Notes under the pieces: generated by a model | What the model was told of the DNA's origin: nothing | The model's database searches: none | What the model saw: only the letters and a program-made list of their open reading frames with translations | Position numbers and translations under genes: made by a program | Origin: Candidatus Omnitrophota bacterium | Lineage (GTDB): Bacteria > Omnitrophota > Gorgyraeia > Duberdicusellales > 4484-171 | Assembly (NCBI GenBank): GCA_021735045.1 | Contig: JAIPHU010000003.1 | Coordinates: 1 to 32,000, forward strand | Reading direction: 5' to 3' | Length of the DNA stretch: 32,000 bases | In this document: positions 30,534 to 32,000 of the stretch, in pieces | Position numbering within the stretch: position 1 is the stretch's first letter | How the letters are laid out: every line of letters starts with the position of its first letter

Positions 30534-32000
30534 TTATTTAAATGGCTGGTATTTCTTACCAGACCACTCCATACCTAGTTGACCGGAAAACTCTAACATA
30601 TTAAGCCTTACTCCGTGTACAATAACTGACATCAGCCCTAACAAAATATTTAAACCATGGCCAAAAAAAAGAATAATTGCAGCTAAAAAACCTCCTAAAA
30701 TCCCTGAACCGGCGCCAAGCGCCATAGTATTAAAGGTAGAAGCAACCGCCACTGTAGCATAACCTACAGCAAAAAGCCGCAAATAAGAGACGATATCTGA
30801 AAACGAACTAATAATATCCAAAGGTAAAGTTCCTAAACTAGATAATGCTCCTTTTAGTATATTTTTTTGCCAATTAGAAAATAAAATAACTGCTGTTATT
30901 CCTACAGTCCCTAAGATTAAACTAAAATCTGGAATAGGATTATTTAAAACTAGTTTCCCGGCCACAAAAAAAGCCGCCCAAAGTATACAAACCCAGCCAA
31001 TCTCTGCTAAGGCTTTCAGAGAATTAAGGTAGCGAAAAGCTTTTATAAGATGTGCTACCGATAGATGAACTACCCCAATTATAAAACAAAAATAGATCAT
31101 AAAGCTTTGATTTGCCTGAACAAAACTGTTAATTTTGTTAATAACTAAAAGTTTAAATACCGGTAACTGAGCAATATTTTCTGCACCAAACCAAGTACCA
31201 GATAACGCTCCCCAAATAATTGTAGAAATTGCTAAAACATAGATCAAAAAAAACGGAGCCGCAGGAGCTTTTTTAAATTTCTTTCTTGCTAAATAAGTTA
31301 AGATCAAAAAAATAAAACCGTAGCCGGCATCGCCAATCAACATCGCAAAAAATAAACTAAAAAACATTAAAAACCAGAAGCTTATATCATATTCTTTATA
31401 GCCCGGCAAAGTTCCCATAAAATTAAAAATAGGCTTTATGATTTCAACCCATTTTGGATTTTTAAGTAATGTGGGTACTTTCTGTGGATTATCCGGTTTT
31501 TGAACAACTATCCCCCAGCCCTTTTCTTTAGCCATCTCTTTTAGGTTTTCTACTGAAGCTTTGGGGCAAAACCCTAAAAGCCAAGACAAATTCTTTGACT
31601 CTGCCATTCCAAATTTTACTTTTATAAACTCAAACTTATTGATTAATTTATTTTTATACTCTTTAAAACAATGTTTGTAGACAGAGTATGATCTTATCTG
31701 TTCTTCTATCTCGTTTTTGCTTTCTTCTAGATAGTTAATTTTTTCTTTAAGTGACTGGAGGCTTTCCTTAGGAACTTCGACCCTTTTAAACCCTAGATCC
31801 TTATTCTTATCTCTGGCGATATCTACTACCTGCAGATTAGGCCCCATCTGGCCTAGAACAAAAATTAAATTATTTTCTTTAACTTTTTTAAACTCCTTTT
31901 GACTGCAGCTGTATAAATTTATAAAAACACCTTTATCGGCTAGTCTTTGAATATCTTTTTTTGAGATATCTCCCCATTGGCTAAACCAAACAGTTTTAGC
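30534..32000 (-). CDS. ntpI: V-type ATPase subunit I (membrane a-type subunit), partial; the reading frame stays open to the window end
   Basis: The C-terminal multi-TM region includes the LRLFAVGYA motif (conserved Arg). The frame upstream of the track's ATG at 31847 has no stop up to position 32000 (…NNLIFVLGQMGPNLQ…), so the true start lies outside the window. Confidence 0.8.
   Translation of the reverse strand, partial: AKTVWFSQWGDISKKDIQRLADKGVFINLYSCSQKEFKKVKENNLIFVLGQMGPNLQVVDIARDKNKDLGFKRVEVPKESLQSLKEKINYLEESKNEIEEQIRSYSVYKHCFKEYKNKLINKFEFIKVKFGMAESKNLSWLLGFCPKASVENLKEMAKEKGWGIVVQKPDNPQKVPTLLKNPKWVEIIKPIFNFMGTLPGYKEYDISFWFLMFFSLFFAMLIGDAGYGFIFLILTYLARKKFKKAPAAPFFLIYVLAISTIIWGALSGTWFGAENIAQLPVFKLLVINKINSFVQANQSFMIYFCFIIGVVHLSVAHLIKAFRYLNSLKALAEIGWVCILWAAFFVAGKLVLNNPIPDFSLILGTVGITAVILFSNWQKNILKGALSSLGTLPLDIISSFSDIVSYLRLFAVGYATVAVASTFNTMALGAGSGILGGFLAAIILFFGHGLNILLGLMSVIVHGVRLNMLEFSGQLGMEWSGKKYQPFK

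Noticed and set aside
1-32000. An alternative genetic code (UGA reassignment, as in some candidate phyla)
   Set aside because: Long ORFs with complete conserved domains are obtained with the standard code. TGA is used as a genuine stop, for example at the ATGA stop/start overlap at 12797-12800.
1-32000. CRISPR arrays, transposases/integrases, prophage or defence-island content
   Set aside because: There are no regularly spaced direct repeats. No ORF has a recognisable transposase, recombinase, nuclease-helicase or toxin-antitoxin signature. Every ORF longer than 100 aa is accounted for by housekeeping, transport, pilus or signalling functions.

Overview
AT-rich, densely packed bacterial chromosomal window. 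It uses the standard code: TGA serves as a stop at the 12797-12800 ATGA overlap. I see no CRISPR array, transposase, integrase or rRNA.

Gene content, left to right:
(1) A minus-strand sulfur/Fe-S themed run: metY (partial), a ThiI-like PP-loop ATPase, nadA, mnmA, a 72-aa NIL-domain protein, a radical SAM enzyme and a DsbD/CcdA-type thiol-disulfide membrane protein.
(2) A plus-strand GH94-like glycoside phosphorylase.
(3) A minus-strand pilM-pilN-pilO-(pilP-like)-secretin-ExeA/MshM-like ATPase-GspB-like operon, resembling the MSHA secretin module. No pilin or assembly ATPase is in view.
(4) A divergent FIST sensor, histidine kinase and response regulator carrying a variant GGDDF cyclase domain.
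(5) tRNA-Leu(GAG) and a PAC2-family protein preceded by a long structured leader.
(6) The conserved thrS-infC-rpmI-rplT...pheS-pheT cluster, interrupted by a Trk/Ktr K+ uptake module and a small exported protein.
(7) tRNA-Val(UAC), then the tail of a V-type ATPase operon (subunit I, partial, and proteolipid K).

I do not see a clear-cut novel multi-gene system such as a defence island. The most unusual signals are non-coding:
- A bipartite structured element of about 100 nt is present twice (upstream of metY and upstream of tRNA-Val). Its substitutions preserve structure, and one copy carries an insertion of about 80 nt.
- A leader of about 160 nt with a near-consensus promoter and competing pairings precedes the PAC2 gene.
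- Word-based hairpins lie in several intergenic spacers.
- A perfect hairpin sequesters the SD at the GH94 start.

All functional calls come from reading the translated ORFs and from motif memory. No searches were run.
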